Shown here: piece by piece, positions 1-12,861 of the stretch | Layout: each line of letters opens with the position of its first letter | How positions within the stretch are numbered: the stretch's first letter is position 1 | Source: Lama glama | Lineage: Eukaryota | Assembly (NCBI GenBank): GCA_028534125.1 | Contig: CM052817.1 | Location: 95,296,001 to 95,360,000 of the forward strand | Direction of reading: 5' to 3' | DNA: 64,000 nt | Made by a program: the position numbers and the translations under genes | Notes under the pieces: model-generated | The model's database searches: none | What the model saw: the letters and a program-made list of their open reading frames with translations, nothing else | What the model was told of the DNA's origin: nothing

Positions 1-218
1 GTCAACATTGGTATCCAGAGATACCATCCATCATCATAGTCTCCTGGTAGAGAGAGTGCACACAGGAGGTCAGGTTAGAGAAGAAGTTCTGGACAAAGTC
101 TGGCTTACAGTCAGAGCCCACTGACGCACTGAGTGGTCATTTCTTTGGCCCCCAAGTGTATGATTGGGATTCACATGCTTGGCAACCGGAGTAACCCCCA
201 CATTGGGTCCTTGGCCTC
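1..218 (+). mobile_element. ERVL internal remnant (protease region), truncated by window edge
   Basis: Translates (one frameshift) to STLVSRDTIHHHSLLVERVHTGGQVREEVLDKVWLTV...VVISLAPKCMIGIHMLGNRSNPHIGSL, resembling ERV-L protease GGQVINGVLAQV.LTVGP...VVISPVPECIIGIDILSSWQNPHIGSL. Confidence 0.85.
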
Positions 219-929
219 ATTCTCCTTTGAGCAGGTGGGAGTGTCAAGAGCTGTCTGCATAGTATTCCCACTGTTCCATTTTCAAACATTCAATTCATCC
301 TCTTCTTTTTACTGTTCTTCTTCCTTGCCTTCTGTGATACCAGATACTTCCAAGTCCTCCTGAGCCTCTCGGAGCTTTTGTTTGCTTTTAATGAAGTGCC
401 TTTTTGTAGGCTCTTTAAATTATAGCTGAATCAGTCACCAACTCTTTGATTTACGTTTTCCAAAAATGTATTTAACTGTCTTATTTGCAATATCTCCCCT
501 GACAATCTATTCTGCTTGTGTTTGCTTCCGAATTTACGTAACTTTAAAATCCATTTATTATCATTTCAGCAGTCTTGGAGAGAAAATCACTCCCAGTCTT
601 CAATATTTAACTAAGCATCCAGCTTTTTTCTTATGTAAAGCTTTTACCTCTTTCGGCTTCATCAGTTTAAATTTGTATTCTTATGCTTCATTCTACTGGA
701 TTGTTCTTGGAGTCTATGCCACGTAGAAGGCTTAATCTGTAATTAAGAAATAATTATTTAAAATTAAGAAGTAATATAATACTGTTGTGTGTGTTCTGTA
801 TGCGTATTCATTTCAATTTGAATTTATTTTTAATTTAATTTTTTAATTAATAAAAAAATAGAGTTGGAGAGTTAAGATGGGGCTGGAATATAAAGATCTT
901 CACAGCTGAATAGGACCTTGAAAGACACG

Positions 930-1163
930 TAATAAACAGCAGCTAGAGCTTATTATGCGCCAGACACTGTGCTAAGTGCTTTATATCCACTACGAAAGAG
1001 GAGCAAATGTTAACTGCATTTTACAGATGACTTTTACAAAGACTGAGGCTCAGAGGGATTACCTAATTTGCCTAAGACTACACAGCTAATAAATGATGGG
1101 GGTGGATTTCAAGGGAAACATTCTGGCTCCAAAGCCAGTGATTCTGATTATCATACTATACTG
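930..1163 (-). mobile_element. MIR SINE
   Basis: MIR core on reverse strand: CATTTTACAGATGA...ACTGAGGCTCAGAGGG...TTGCCTAAGACTACACAGCTAATAAATG. Confidence 0.85.
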
Positions 1164-1269
1164 CATTCTATGGGGCAACCAAGATGTCCTGTAGCTTGGG
1201 AAGATCCGTTGTATTCTGTCATAAGTCACGCATCGCCTGCGTCAGTGAGCGATAATTATTTGTAGACCA

Positions 1270-1400
1270 GTCTTCCTCCTCCACTAGACTTGTGAGCTCC
1301 TTTGAGGTTATACACATACACATCTCAATCTTTTTTTGTTGTTCACTTCAGCACAATACCCACCATAGAATAAATGTTCAGAAAAATGCGTGCCAAGTGA
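1270..1400 (+). mobile_element. L2 3' end fragment
   Basis: CCACTAGACTTGTGAGCTCC...CAGCACAATACC...AATAAATGTTCAG resembles the L2 terminus. Confidence 0.6.
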
Positions 1401-2322
1401 ACATTGGCTCCTGATTTCAAACATTAGGAAGGGGAGCTATTTGAAACAAAATATAGTTTTGTGGGGATAGGAAATAAAGGGACTTCTTAACTTTATTTTA
1501 GTACTTATGGGAAAGGAAACAGGAGCGTTTTACTCGGAGCTTGTGGAGGAATTTATTCTTAACTTGGGGGTGTTCTTAACTGGTACCTTAAAAAAAAATC
1601 ATCAAAGTCTGGCTGAGTATCAAGAGAGTCTTGCTATAACTAGTCATGAACTGTGACCAAAAAGGACAGCTCTATATATAAAAATTGTGGTGGCTGATGG
1701 GATGGGTAAAGGAGGAGGAAATGGAGGAAGTGAAGTTTACAGTTTTGTAAATTACAGCCTGTGGCAGGACCAAGATGCCTCACCAAATGGCAGCCAGAGG
1801 GCGAGTGAGCCAAAGGGCGGTTACTCACTCTTGTATAATTAAGGTTGCCTTCGGGTATGATGGAAAGGCTTACATTTTGTATCTCCTTATTAACAGTTAT
1901 GCTAACAAGCAATTTATTCCAAAGGGCAACTGCCAAGACAGCCCCCACCATGGGACTGCAATGACCCAACTCTAAAGATGGGGGGAAAACAAAGAGGAAA
2001 ATACAACTGGAGATCAAAAGCTTCCAAGGAGCAAGAAACCCAGAGTTAAACACTGAGATGCGACACCTTCTACCTTTACCTTTGCCGTTCAGAGCTACTT
2101 TTTACCTGTCTGTAGCAAAGTTCAGGGGAGACATCAAGAAGTCCTCTCTGATACTTTGAACATTGGGCCCAGGATAAAATGTAAGATTACCCCCTCCAGA
2201 ACCTTTTAAAGAAGAAGATATGGATTGTTCTAAGATGTGTGGTCCTTATCCACAAAAGAAAAGCTAAGTAACTGATCTTTGTTAGGTTATTGACTAAAGT
2301 AAGCCAAGTGGACGAATATAGG

Positions 2323-2332
2323 TGTGTGTGTA

Positions 2333-2368
<36 letters not shown>

Positions 2369-2370
2369 CA
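2323..2370. repeat. (TG)n(TA)n compound microsatellite
   Basis: Directly visible. Confidence 0.95.
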
Positions 2371-3661
2371 TCTTTCATCAAGGAACATGGCTTAGTGGAT
2401 ACACCTTTCATGTGGGACCATGGCCATTGGTCATCTCTTAGAACTCTGGTAGCCTCTGGTGAGCAGCATTTAGACCTATAGAAACTTTTCTGTAAATTCC
2501 TTTGATAGCTGGGCCTGTTAATGCTACTCATCTAAGTCTGCTTGGTTCTACACGATTCTTAGGTTCTTTCTAAGAGGTAACAGTAGCCATTGAAGAAGTT
2601 GAGGTAGATGAATGTTCCTGCTAGGTCATAATGAAAGCAAGTCTCAAACCAAATTCTGCCACAGGTACAGACATTTATTAGCCAAACGTTGATGAGCAAG
2701 CAGGTTCAAAGCTGCTTATGCTGTTCTGTAAGTTTAAAAAAAGGCCCAGCTTGCCGTCATCTTAGGTGCTCTGAAAACTACCCTGCCTGCTAAGAGACTG
2801 ACACAGCTCCAGAGTCAGAAATCTTTCCCTCCTGTGCTATTCAGCAGGCCTCAGAAGTCCTCCTAGCCGACAGCTGGACGCAAGACTACTTAGAGCATCA
2901 GACTTGAGCTCCACCTCTAGGGGTAAAGGCTGTCTTCATCTGCTTCTTACACCCTATTCATGCAAGAGTGGAGAAAGTCTCCCATATTTGCAACCAGTCC
3001 ATGTGTCACAAGCACTTTTAATTTTGTCAGTGATATATCTGACACTGAATATTCATCATGCCAATCAACACTTAAAAACCGGAGATTTGCTTCTGATATG
3101 TAGTATGCCGATTGGCAGGGTGGAGACTGGAGATACAGAAAACAGCATGAACTGTCGTTGCCCCCCTGGAATGTACTGAACATCCCTGAGCTGATACACT
3201 GTGAAGGTCTGATAGCTTAACCTAAGAACATTTTAAAGTAGATTACAGACCATTTTCATACCGTCTTGCGCATCAGGCACAGCACCTGGCCTAGAAGAAC
3301 CACTCGAAGTTTGCTGAATTGAATAGGCTGGTTTGAAGAGCTCATAAATTGGAATATGGTTGCATCAACCGGGCTACTTGTTCATAAGCAGGTAGGATGT
3401 TACGATTACTTCAACTCCTAGGATTCATTTTTGTTTTCCAGTTCTCCTGGGGCGCTCTGGAGAAAACCCTTGGTTGGCTTCAGGCCCCTGATCGGAACTG
3501 GATACATTTTTGTTGTGATTCCAAAATGGGGACGCAACACGAAGCCATTTATTAGCAGACTTTGTGAATGATTCTTTCAAGTGATGATTTAAATTACATA
3601 TTAGTAAGAATTGCTTACATACTTGTAGGTAAGATATTTAATTGTTTATAAAAGAATGAGT

Positions 3662-3699
<38 letters not shown>

Positions 3700-4023
3700 G
3701 TTTGGGGCAGTATCCACCCACCCCTGAGAAACAGGCCAAATCATCCTTATTTCACTGCCTTCCTCTGAGAGGCGTTAGGAATCCAAAGGTGGGAGCTCTA
3801 AAGCTGGTCCAGGTGCACCGTGGACTGCTGCGCACGTCCCTTTCTGAACAATACCGGGTGAGAGAGCTAAGGAAGGGGCGTCCCACACCTCCCAGCATGA
3901 CCGGAAGCTGGTCCGTAGAAGCCACACAGAGAGCTGTCCCAGCATCGACAAACTGAAGCCGCCTCAGTTCTCCTTTCTGGCTCTCAAGGCATAGTTTGGA
4001 GTCATAGCAAAGGAGAAAGCCAT

Positions 4024-4070
4024 GTATTAATTTATTTTATTGAAGTGTAGTCGGTTTACACTGTTGTGTT
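4024..4070 (-). mobile_element. 47-nt L1 extreme 3' end insertion
   Basis: TTTTATTGAAGTGTAGTCGGTTTACACTGTTGTGTT matches the other L1 tails in the window; flanked by GAGAAAGCCAT (4013-4023) and GATAAAGCCAT (4071-4081). Confidence 0.75.
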
Positions 4071-7000
4071 GATAAAGCCATTCAGATGCTCTTTTCAAAC
4101 TATTTTCATCTAAAGTGACTTGAAAAAAATTCACAAAGTCATAAGCTATTTGCTGCAGTCCTGTCTTATTTCCCAACTCACTTCAGGTTGAAAACCCTCA
4201 CTCTTAGGATGAACGGTAGTGTCTCTTTAATTAAACGGACTGTTTCTGATAAGCATCAGCTCCACTCACCTCCTCCTCACCCTGGAACACATATTTTTCT
4301 TCCCACACCCCTGTCCCTGGATAAAAATCTGTGACTGCACCTGCACTGATATGCATCAGGTGTTCCCAACTGACACGAGTGTTGGGTTTACCAGCTTGGA
4401 AAGTCCCCTTGTTTTTTTGCCCCCGCGCTGAAGAGAAAACCTGCCCTTCTGCACTTGTGCTTTGATTTCTGGCAGTCTGCGGCTTACTGGAAGACCATAT
4501 GTGCTTGCTCAATGTCTTTATTTTGCCAACAAAACACCCACAGTCTCAATGATATTTTCAACCCCTTGTACCCTATCCTGCTGTCTATTTATATCAACAT
4601 CCAGACATTTCAGTTTCACCACTGGCACAGAAATAACACTTCTGTGTTAATAACCCCTCACTGCCAGCCACAGCTCAAAATTTTCCTTCATGAAAGATTT
4701 TTTTGATAATTCTCTTTGGCTTCTAAGAAACCATCCACTTAATATTGTGTGATTTCAGGAGCTTTTGAAGAGCAGGGGGCCAACCATTCCTCTTTAAAGC
4801 ACCATGTCTGTAACAGCTGTCAGAAGACGTGAGTTATTAATCATGGGACAAACACACTTGACATATATTCCTCGGCTGTGCTATTACTGGTTTACTGTGG
4901 GATCGTGTATATCACCGTAGAACGTGGAATTGAAAAAACTCTGCAATGATTTTTAAAATATTTATTTGCCTCTGCTCTTAGGTGGGAGCCTAGGATTCGG
5001 GCGGGGAAGACAAGTACGTGGGGCTATGGTAGAGTCAAACCCCATGGTAACACACCCCAGGATAATGCAGATTCGCATCTAATCCAGCTAGCTCCTGTCC
5101 TCTGTCCAGTGCCAATTTCCAAATCCAAGTGGGTTAGTGCTCTTCTGTTCCGGGAAGTAGGCTGAGACTATCGGGGGGGGGGGGGGGACATGAAGTTTGA
5201 TGGGGAAACAGCAGGCAATCCCGACTGGGAAGCAAGAAACTAGAGCGTAGGTCTACAGTAATCCATGGCTCAGTCTTTCAAATGGAAGAAGGTTGGGTTG
5301 ACAGAATAGCTTTCAACATAGCAGCAGACTCCTGGAGTCGCTTTCACTGTCCTGAAGTCCCAGCCAACACAGACCCAGAGTCATCCCCATTGGTATTTGG
5401 CTAGTGAGGGGTTGGGGGCGGGAGGAGCTCCCACCAAGTGGCTCCAAATGCTTCAGGAATCTGGATGGACTGGGGTCACACTAAGAATTTCCTAGGATTA
5501 CTCCTGGCTGGTGGGCTAGGTAATTTTATTAACCTTGCAGTAATGTAACTCCACATGCTACCCCCTCAACTGTAAGTCTACCCCACTTGCTGTATTATGA
5601 TGGGATTCCACCATAGCTCCCTACTTTCTATTAAAATGTGGTTGAAGTTTCCTTAACACTGTGGGACTTAGATAAGGGTATTATGACGTTAGCTCTTCAG
5701 CTTATAAATCTTCTCCCTATTCCTGAAAATTATTCTATCAAATAAGGTTAAGATCACACTTTTCAGGCAGCTTGCAAAACAAAGATAAACTATATTTCAG
5801 ACTCTGGCAGTGGGATATGTATCCATGTCATGTGTGCATACACACGCACACACGTGTGTGTGTTCATATATTTAAACGTGCTGTCATTTTTACTGATTGA
5901 AGGCAAAGGCATAGGCGCATTTAATTTTGCGCTTAATATGCAGATTTGAGAAGCTAACACACAGGATGTAAATGAGAAGTAAACCAAGGAAGCATCGGGG
6001 CGTCTGTTATGGGTACCACATCAGATTGATGCCCCATTCATAATTACATTTGAACATTTTAATTTTTTTTTTCTCCCATTTCCAAAGACAGAAGTTGGCA
6101 GCTGTTTCAGTGTACGATGAGTGTAGGGCGGAAAATGCACTGAAGTGGGTTATTATTGTTTGGGGAAGAAGCCCAGAAGTGGTCTCCTCATTTACGCAAG
6201 TACGGTGTGAGTAGGCTCCATTGTCCTGGTGGGCAGCATCACTCTGAAAAGATTTCCCTTGTTCTGGGAAGTGTCTCGTAAGTGGCTTGAGTCACTTAAG
6301 TGCAGGGTGAGCTGGCTATTATTCCGGGAGAGGAACGTAACCAGAGCTTTGATGTTTGAAGTATCTTTAAAAAATTGTGAGGTCATTACTGCAGAAGAAG
6401 GCGGGAACTTCCTTGGCCAAGTAATCCTGGGGCCATGTTGCTGTCTCAGAAATGAGTCTGGGGAGGAATAGAAGGTGTTTGACCACTAAGAGAGCTTTGG
6501 AATCAGGAATCTCAAGGCCTGAGACTCCTATGATGAGATTCTGGGGGTGGTCTTTTCCCAAAAAGAATTTCTGTGGAAGGCCTTGACTTTGAACCAGTCG
6601 TAGCCTCAAAAGTGCAGAACAGCGCTTCCTCCAAGGGGCTCTAGCCCTGTCCTGAAGACGGCTTCTAAAGTGTGGCATCTCTTCACCTTCTTGGTGTTGT
6701 CCCAGAGGACTCAACACAAAGTGCTTTGAGGCACTTCTCACCCCACAGCTCTCAGCCTTCAGTGCACTGCTCTTCTGGAGCCGAGTCTGCAAAGCCTCAA
6801 CTCTGTGAGACAACGGAACCATGAAGGGGCTTTAAGCAGGCGGGTCCCGGCTAGTTTGGATAACACTGACCCACAGGACCGAAGCTCCCAGGCTCCTCGG
6901 CTGCTGCAGGAATCAAGTACTCCCCCCAGCTTGGCTGTCGGGCCATGACTCTCTAAGATGAGCTTCCACTCAGTGGTCAAGGCCCCTGCACTATAGACCT

Positions 7001-7949
7001 TGGTGTCACTTCAACTTGACCCTCTTCCTCAAGTCACTCCTGTGCACTGCGGGCCCTCTGCAGGCCTAATGAAGAGATGTGTTGGAAGAGCAAGGGCAGG
7101 TCTCTGGACTTGCAGTCATGAGGAAGCTCAGGCATTGCACCCAGAGACTAGACGGGGACAAGCTCAGGGTACTCTGTTCTGGGCTGAGGGTCGCCCCAAC
7201 TCCACAAAAGGGGCAGAAGTAACACACGGGGAAAGGTCATGGTTCCAGGCTATCAAATGGAAAAAGCAAGAGACTGAAACACGCTGAGGTAACACACACG
7301 CGTACACATACACACATACACATATGTATTTATGAATATAGACTACTTTCAGTTACATAAATCTTCGGCAGTAAATACCCAAATGAAATTAAGATTGGAA
7401 TAAAGAAAAGGCCAAAGAATAGTTTCTTTCAGGAAGCAGACCCACAGCAGAGCAAAGCAGCTGGAAGTTCAAGTCCACACAAGAGATCTATCTCGACAGC
7501 AGAAAGAGATACTTTCCCACTGGCCAAGCCATCAGGGTTTCCCTGAGTCATACTTGGCTTTGTCATTAGAAAAGGTCTGTCTACATTAAGATACTGGGAA
7601 ACCTATGACCCTGTTTTAACATTGGAGAATCAACCTCTGGTCAGAAAATTGTTGATTCCTCTCTTCTGTGATTCATTACCTTGAAGCCTCGGGTTTCCTG
7701 GAATTCTTTTAAAATTCCAGATTTTTTAAACCATGACTGTTACACAGCACCATTTTGGATCACACATTCCTCTTGCAGAGGATGGACTTAATCCTCTCAC
7801 TGTTCAAATAAAGCTGTTTGTCTTTTGTGTCTCCTGCCCCCACAAAATATCAGAGATCTGGGTTATTTCTGAATTGCATAAAAATGTGATAATTATTTTA
7901 TCTTACATGTTATCATCTTTCTTTTTGCAAAATGTTATTGTTGTTGTAA

Positions 7950-8200
7950 TAGCTACCATTGACTCATAACTATTTATTCATTACATGTTTACTATGTGCT
8001 GGGCACCACTCTCGGAGCTGCAAGTGATTGTCACTAAACAAGGTGACTTAGATGTGTCTAGTCCTCACAAAAGTGTGGAGAAGTGGGGACCAGTCATCCC
8101 ATTGAAGATCATAGAACTTAGGTCACTTGCCCAAAGTCAGACAGCTACTAAAAGGCAAGGCACTTTCTTAATATCTAATTGCATAGGACTTTCTGCTAAA
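7950..8200 (-). mobile_element. MIR SINE (diverged)
   Basis: TTTACTATGTGCTGGGCACC...TTAGGTCACTTGCCCAAAGTCAGACAGCTA. Confidence 0.7.
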
Positions 8201-9630
8201 CCAGAATAAATCTTGGAAAACTTTTTTCATTTTTTTCAGTTAATCTATCAATAAAAATTTTTATTTTGACTCTGTATTGGTTCTCACTGCTGGCAGCAGC
8301 CGTTCTGCTGGTCAAAATATAATTTCTTTCTATTTATTTTATAAGCAGGGTAACTCCGATACCCAAGGACTTCACCATCTCCCTTACTCTAGGGAAGGTC
8401 CAGGGAAAGCAGAGCCAACCTTCAGTGGGAGAACGTGGGGAGAGAGAACTGGGAAGACTTGATCAAGGGAGTTTGGGAAACCAAGACGTGTTGGAATCAG
8501 ATCTTCCTAGTAAATATTCACTACTATCTTTGAAGTAAATTTGACTGCGTTTTGGTTACAAGACGTGAGTCTGGCTCTTGCCGGGAAATAGGTGCTCCAA
8601 AGCTAAAGTAGTTTCAATAAATAATTGACAGTTGCTGCATCTAGAAGGAAATTATTCCCAGAGCACACGTTTCTCAGCCCCCTTCTAGATTTGAGGTGGA
8701 TGACTTGGCAGGACGTTCACATATTAACTTAAAATATTTACCAAGATATTCATGTTTATACCAAGCAAAAATGTAAAAAAGGTTTTCTTGCCCCGTGTTA
8801 TTTATAAAATAATCAGTCCTTTGGGATGTAAGACCCCACTTATTCTGTCTTCCATCTTCCACTCACGTCATATTTGGGGAGTATTTTATACGTATCTGAC
8901 ACTGGCATTTTACTGATTATTATACTATTATCCTAATTTGCAACCGTATAGATCTAAGAGGACTAAACCAAGGAGTAGCTAGTGGCATTCAGTGCAGTCT
9001 GGCTGGGAACCACATGAACTCATGGTGAATGAGCTCAGCCAAGCCTGACAAGAGCTGCACAGTATTTCTGCTTGCATTTCTAGCATTTATCTCAGGATCT
9101 AGAGAATTCACCGATGTTGTTAAATATTAAAATATTGATAGCAGCAGTGGTATGGAGGCCTTCCTTCTCCTAGACGGACTCACTTGCTAACATCTGCACA
9201 GTCAGCCCATTTGGGCAAACTGAGGCCTCACTGTGGTACTGTCCTGAGCGTTCCCTGGTTGCCCGGGGCATAGCTGGACTTGCTCGGCCAAACCTACCTT
9301 CTCCTCTGGAGGTTCCGCTCAAGTTTTCTTTCTTTGTCCCTCTCTCTACCCTTTTATTTGGTTGGTTGAAATTTTGAGAACTTGTTTAGATATGTGGTTC
9401 TGGGGCCAAATAAGACTATTTCCTGTGTGAAGTTTACTTTCACCCTTGAGTTTTGTCTGGGTGCTGTGGGTGGCGGGAACTCGGGCTTTGGGCCTGTGAC
9501 CATAGAGGACGTCGCACCTCACTGTCACGGAAATTCTCTTTCCATGGACTTCAGAGCAGTCCCCACCATTGACTTTGAGGATTAAGTCAGAGGAAGGAGG
9601 GGGAAGATTTAGATGTCAACTTTTTGTCTC

Positions 9631-9720
9631 TTTTTTTTAATGGAGGTACTGGGGATTGAACCCAGGAACTTCATCATGCATGCTAAGCACGTGCTCTACC
9701 ACTGAGCTATACCCATCCCC
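9631..9720 (-). mobile_element. vic-1-type tRNA-Ala-derived SINE (short-tail form)
   Basis: Reverse complement gives GGGTATAGCTCAGTGGTAGAGCACGTGCTTAGCATG...CTGGGTTCAATCCCCAGTACCTCCA + A tail; TSD CAACTTTTTGTCT (9617-9629) / CAACGTTTTGTCT (9721-9733). Confidence 0.92.
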
Positions 9721-10649
9721 CAACGTTTTGTCTTTCTGCCTAAGATAAGTTCATGGATACTTCCTGATGCATAATGGACTCACTGATCACCATAGAGCGA
9801 AGTAAAGAAGGTCCACCATTTTCCAAGGGCCATTCACATCTGGCTTTTGATACAAGTGTGGGACCGGGTGTTCCAGTTGCCTCCAAACACTTATTGGCGA
9901 TTTGAGAAATGGTAGGTGGCAAAGATTCTGTGAGTCAGGAGAGCATCCACTCTACTGGCTCTGGCACCACCACACACACGCGTGCGCGCGCGCGCACGCG
10001 ATGTGGAGAGAATGCCTCAAGGTCTGTAAAATTCATGCGGGGTTCCAGGCCCCCTTTTGGGGGAGGAGAATGGTCTCCTTTCCACCTTTCTGGCTGGCTT
10101 TCGCCTTCAGCCTTCTTGGCCCTTTCCTGGCATGTATTCTGGGTCCCAATGATCAGGCTATAAAGACAATTATTTTTCTCAGCTCCCCTGGAAAGAAAAC
10201 TCCCTTCTTATCTTAACCTCTAACATTTGCTGCTGACGTTTCCGCTGGAGCTTAACATGGGAGGAGCTTTTTGTCATTGTTGAGGTGTCTTTTGTTTAAT
10301 TGAATTATTTACACTTTGGCCTTTCCAGTGACCTGAAATTTCTATTGGAAAAGTGGATATTGATGTCTTGGAAGAAACGAATAAGGTGACCATGGATATG
10401 ATTAAGAAAAATAATTACCAACAGACAGCTTGCCAGGTGAGCAGGCTTGGCAGACTACAGTATTCAGGTTTTCTTGAAGATAATAACCTTTCTTTTTGTG
10501 TGTATGTGTGTGTGCATTTATATGGAAACTCTCCCAAGTCTTTCTTCTTAAACCTAAGTGGAAAGACTAACTGTTTTCCAAGTTCAGTTCAGCAAAATTT
10601 ATTGTCAACAACTGGGGATAAAGAAGACTACGGCGTGGTCGTTTCCATC

Positions 10650-10930
10650 CCTCACACCTTGCTCTTCATGTCCAGTCCTCCTACGTTCACTGAACACCAC
10701 CTGCTGTTCCACACTTTGACACGGCTTCTCCTGCAGTTTCCCTCTGTAAGAATGCCTTTCCTGCTCCGGGCACCTGCTGAACCCACATCCCTGTTTTGAA
10801 GGACTCTGCAGGCGGGAAACAGCCCTCCTCCCCTTTCCAGGTGGTGGCCCCTAACAGCCTTGGATAGGCTAGCGAGAGAAGCTCCTTGTTCCTGCCATCT
10901 TGCACACGTAGGAGAGCCCATTGTGAACAC
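10650..10930 (+). mobile_element. Probable L2 fragment
   Basis: Pyrimidine-rich L2-like stretch (CAGTTTCCCTCTGTAAGAATGCCTTTCC). Confidence 0.45.
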
Positions 10931-11316
10931 CACACAACACAGAGGCATAGCCACACTCAGTCCTCTACCCTTCTAGAACTTTAGTCTTGTTTGGCCAAAT
11001 CTATTTCTGTTGCTCAAAGGAAAAGTGGAAAGTTCTCTTATAATTCCCCACTGAGCATAGTCTAGGCTAAGTAAGGATTTAGCAAATATGTGTTTAGTGC
11101 CAGAAGGTCACCATCAATAATTAACTTAGCTGCTCTTGGGTGTTGATAGCTTATCTTCTACCTGTCCTGACTGAGACACCAGTTGGCAGGAGTGGAGGGC
11201 CAAGTCCCCTTGGGTGTAAAGCTGGGTAATTAAAGATACAACCTTCACTAAGACTTGACATTCCTAAGGAAAAAATAATGAGTATTATGTACTGCAGATA
11301 TGTGAAATACAAACAC

Positions 11317-12470
11317 TTTTTTTTTTATTGTGGTAAAATTGCAGAATAGAGTATTTGCCATCTTAATCTTGTAAGTGCACAGTTCGGTGGTATTGAGGAT
11401 ATTCACATTGCTGGGCAACCAGTGTCAAGAACTTTTTCATCTTATGAAACTGAAACTCTATACCCATTAAACAACAATTTCCTCTTTCTCCTCCCTCCAG
11501 CACCTGGCAACCACTATTCTACTTTCTGTTTCTGTGAGCTGCCTACTCTAGGTACCTGGTGGAGTAGAATCATATAGTATTTGTTTGCTTTTTATTACTG
11601 GCTTATTTCACTTAGCATAATGTCCTCAAGGTTCATCCACGTTCTTGCATGTGTCAGAGTTTCCTCCCTTTTTAAGGCTGAATAATATTCCATTGTATAT
11701 ATATGCCATATTTTGTTTAGCCATTCGTCTGCCAATAAAGTTTTGGGTTGCTTCATCTCTTAACCATTGTGAATAGTGCTGTTATGAACATGAGTTTGCA
11801 AGTATCCCTTTGAGATTCAGAAGTAGAATTGCTGATCATATAGTAATTCTATTTTTAATTTCTTGAGGCACCATTATACTGTTTTCCATAGCACTTGCCT
11901 CATTTTACATTCCCACCAGTAGTGCACCAGTTTCTCTACATCCTTGACAACAGTTGATATTTTCTGGGGTTTTTTTTGTTTTATTTTTTAATTGAAGTGT
12001 AATTGATTGACAACATTAGTTTCAGGTGTACAGCAAAGCGATTCAGTTCTATATGTAAGTACATATATATGTACACATACATATACTTTCAGATTCTTTT
12101 CCATTATAGCTTATTACAAGAAATTAGATGTAGTTCCTTGTGCTATACAATAGGTCTGATATTTTCTGTTTTTATGATAAACAGTAGCCATACTGATGGG
12201 TATCAAGTGACATGTCACTGTGGTGTCGATTTGCATTTCCCTAATGATTAATGATGTTGACAATCTTTTTATGTGCTTTTAATATATTCTTTTCCTATAT
12301 ATTCAAGTCCTTGGCCCATTGTAAACTGGGTTACTTTTGTTGTTATTATTGTTGAGTTTTAGAAGTTTTAAAAAATATATTCTAGATACTAATCTTTTAT
12401 CAGGCATATGATTTGCAAATATTTTCTTCCATTCCATAGCTTGCCTTTTTATTCTGTTAGTTGTGTCAAA
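11317..12470 (-). mobile_element. Old L1 (L1MA/MB-type) 3' UTR plus ORF2 C-terminus, 5'-truncated
   Basis: T-run then ATTGTGGTAAAA...TGAAACTGAAACTCTATACCCATTAAACAAC; minus ORF 12303-12488 reads KRQAMEWKKIFANHMPDKRLVSRIY (ORF2). Confidence 0.9.
11967..12156 (-). mobile_element. Younger L1 3' end nested in the old L1
   Basis: ATTGAAGTGTAATTGATT...GTGCTATACAATAGGTC with perfect TSD TGATATTTTCTG at 11955-11966 and 12157-12168. Confidence 0.9.
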
Positions 12471-12536
12471 TATTAAATTGGAATACAATTACAATAAATA
12501 TCTCAAGGTCTAGGATTTTTAATTTCCTGAAATTTT

Positions 12537-12861
12537 ATTTATTTATGTATGTATGTATGTATGTATGTATGTATGTATGTTTAAGTATAGGTAAATTTAT
12601 TCAGAGAAATGCACACTCCATAGACAGAATACAGGCTGTCCCAGGAGACCAGAGAGGCCATGAGGCATGGGGGCGGTGTTTACTTTAAAGTAAAAGTAGT
12701 TACATACTCCATAGCCAGAGCGCAAGCCATCTCTGAAGGTGAGAGGGAGCTGAGAGAGAGCAAGAGGCTTAGGAGATACACGGTCCATAGGCAGAACGCA
12801 GGCTCTCAAGAGGGTAGAGGCGGCCTCAGAGCATGGAGTCGTCTTGGAAAGTGAGATCAGC
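12537..12861 (-). mobile_element. Polyadenylated retroposed LTR-like (ERV1-class) sequence
   Basis: TSD CCTGAAATTTT (12526-12536, 12862-12872); minus-strand AATAAA at 12596-12601; A-rich (ATAC)n tail 12537-12580; three internal CAYNNTCCATAGNCAGA repeats. Confidence 0.7.

Noticed and set aside
1778..1806. Two overlapping CTCF-like motifs (TCACCAAATGGCAG, CAGCCAGAGGGCG)
   Set aside because: Each mismatches a near-invariant core position.
6367..6822. 151-aa minus ORF
   Set aside because: No recognisable homology; length is plausible by chance in a GC-richer patch.
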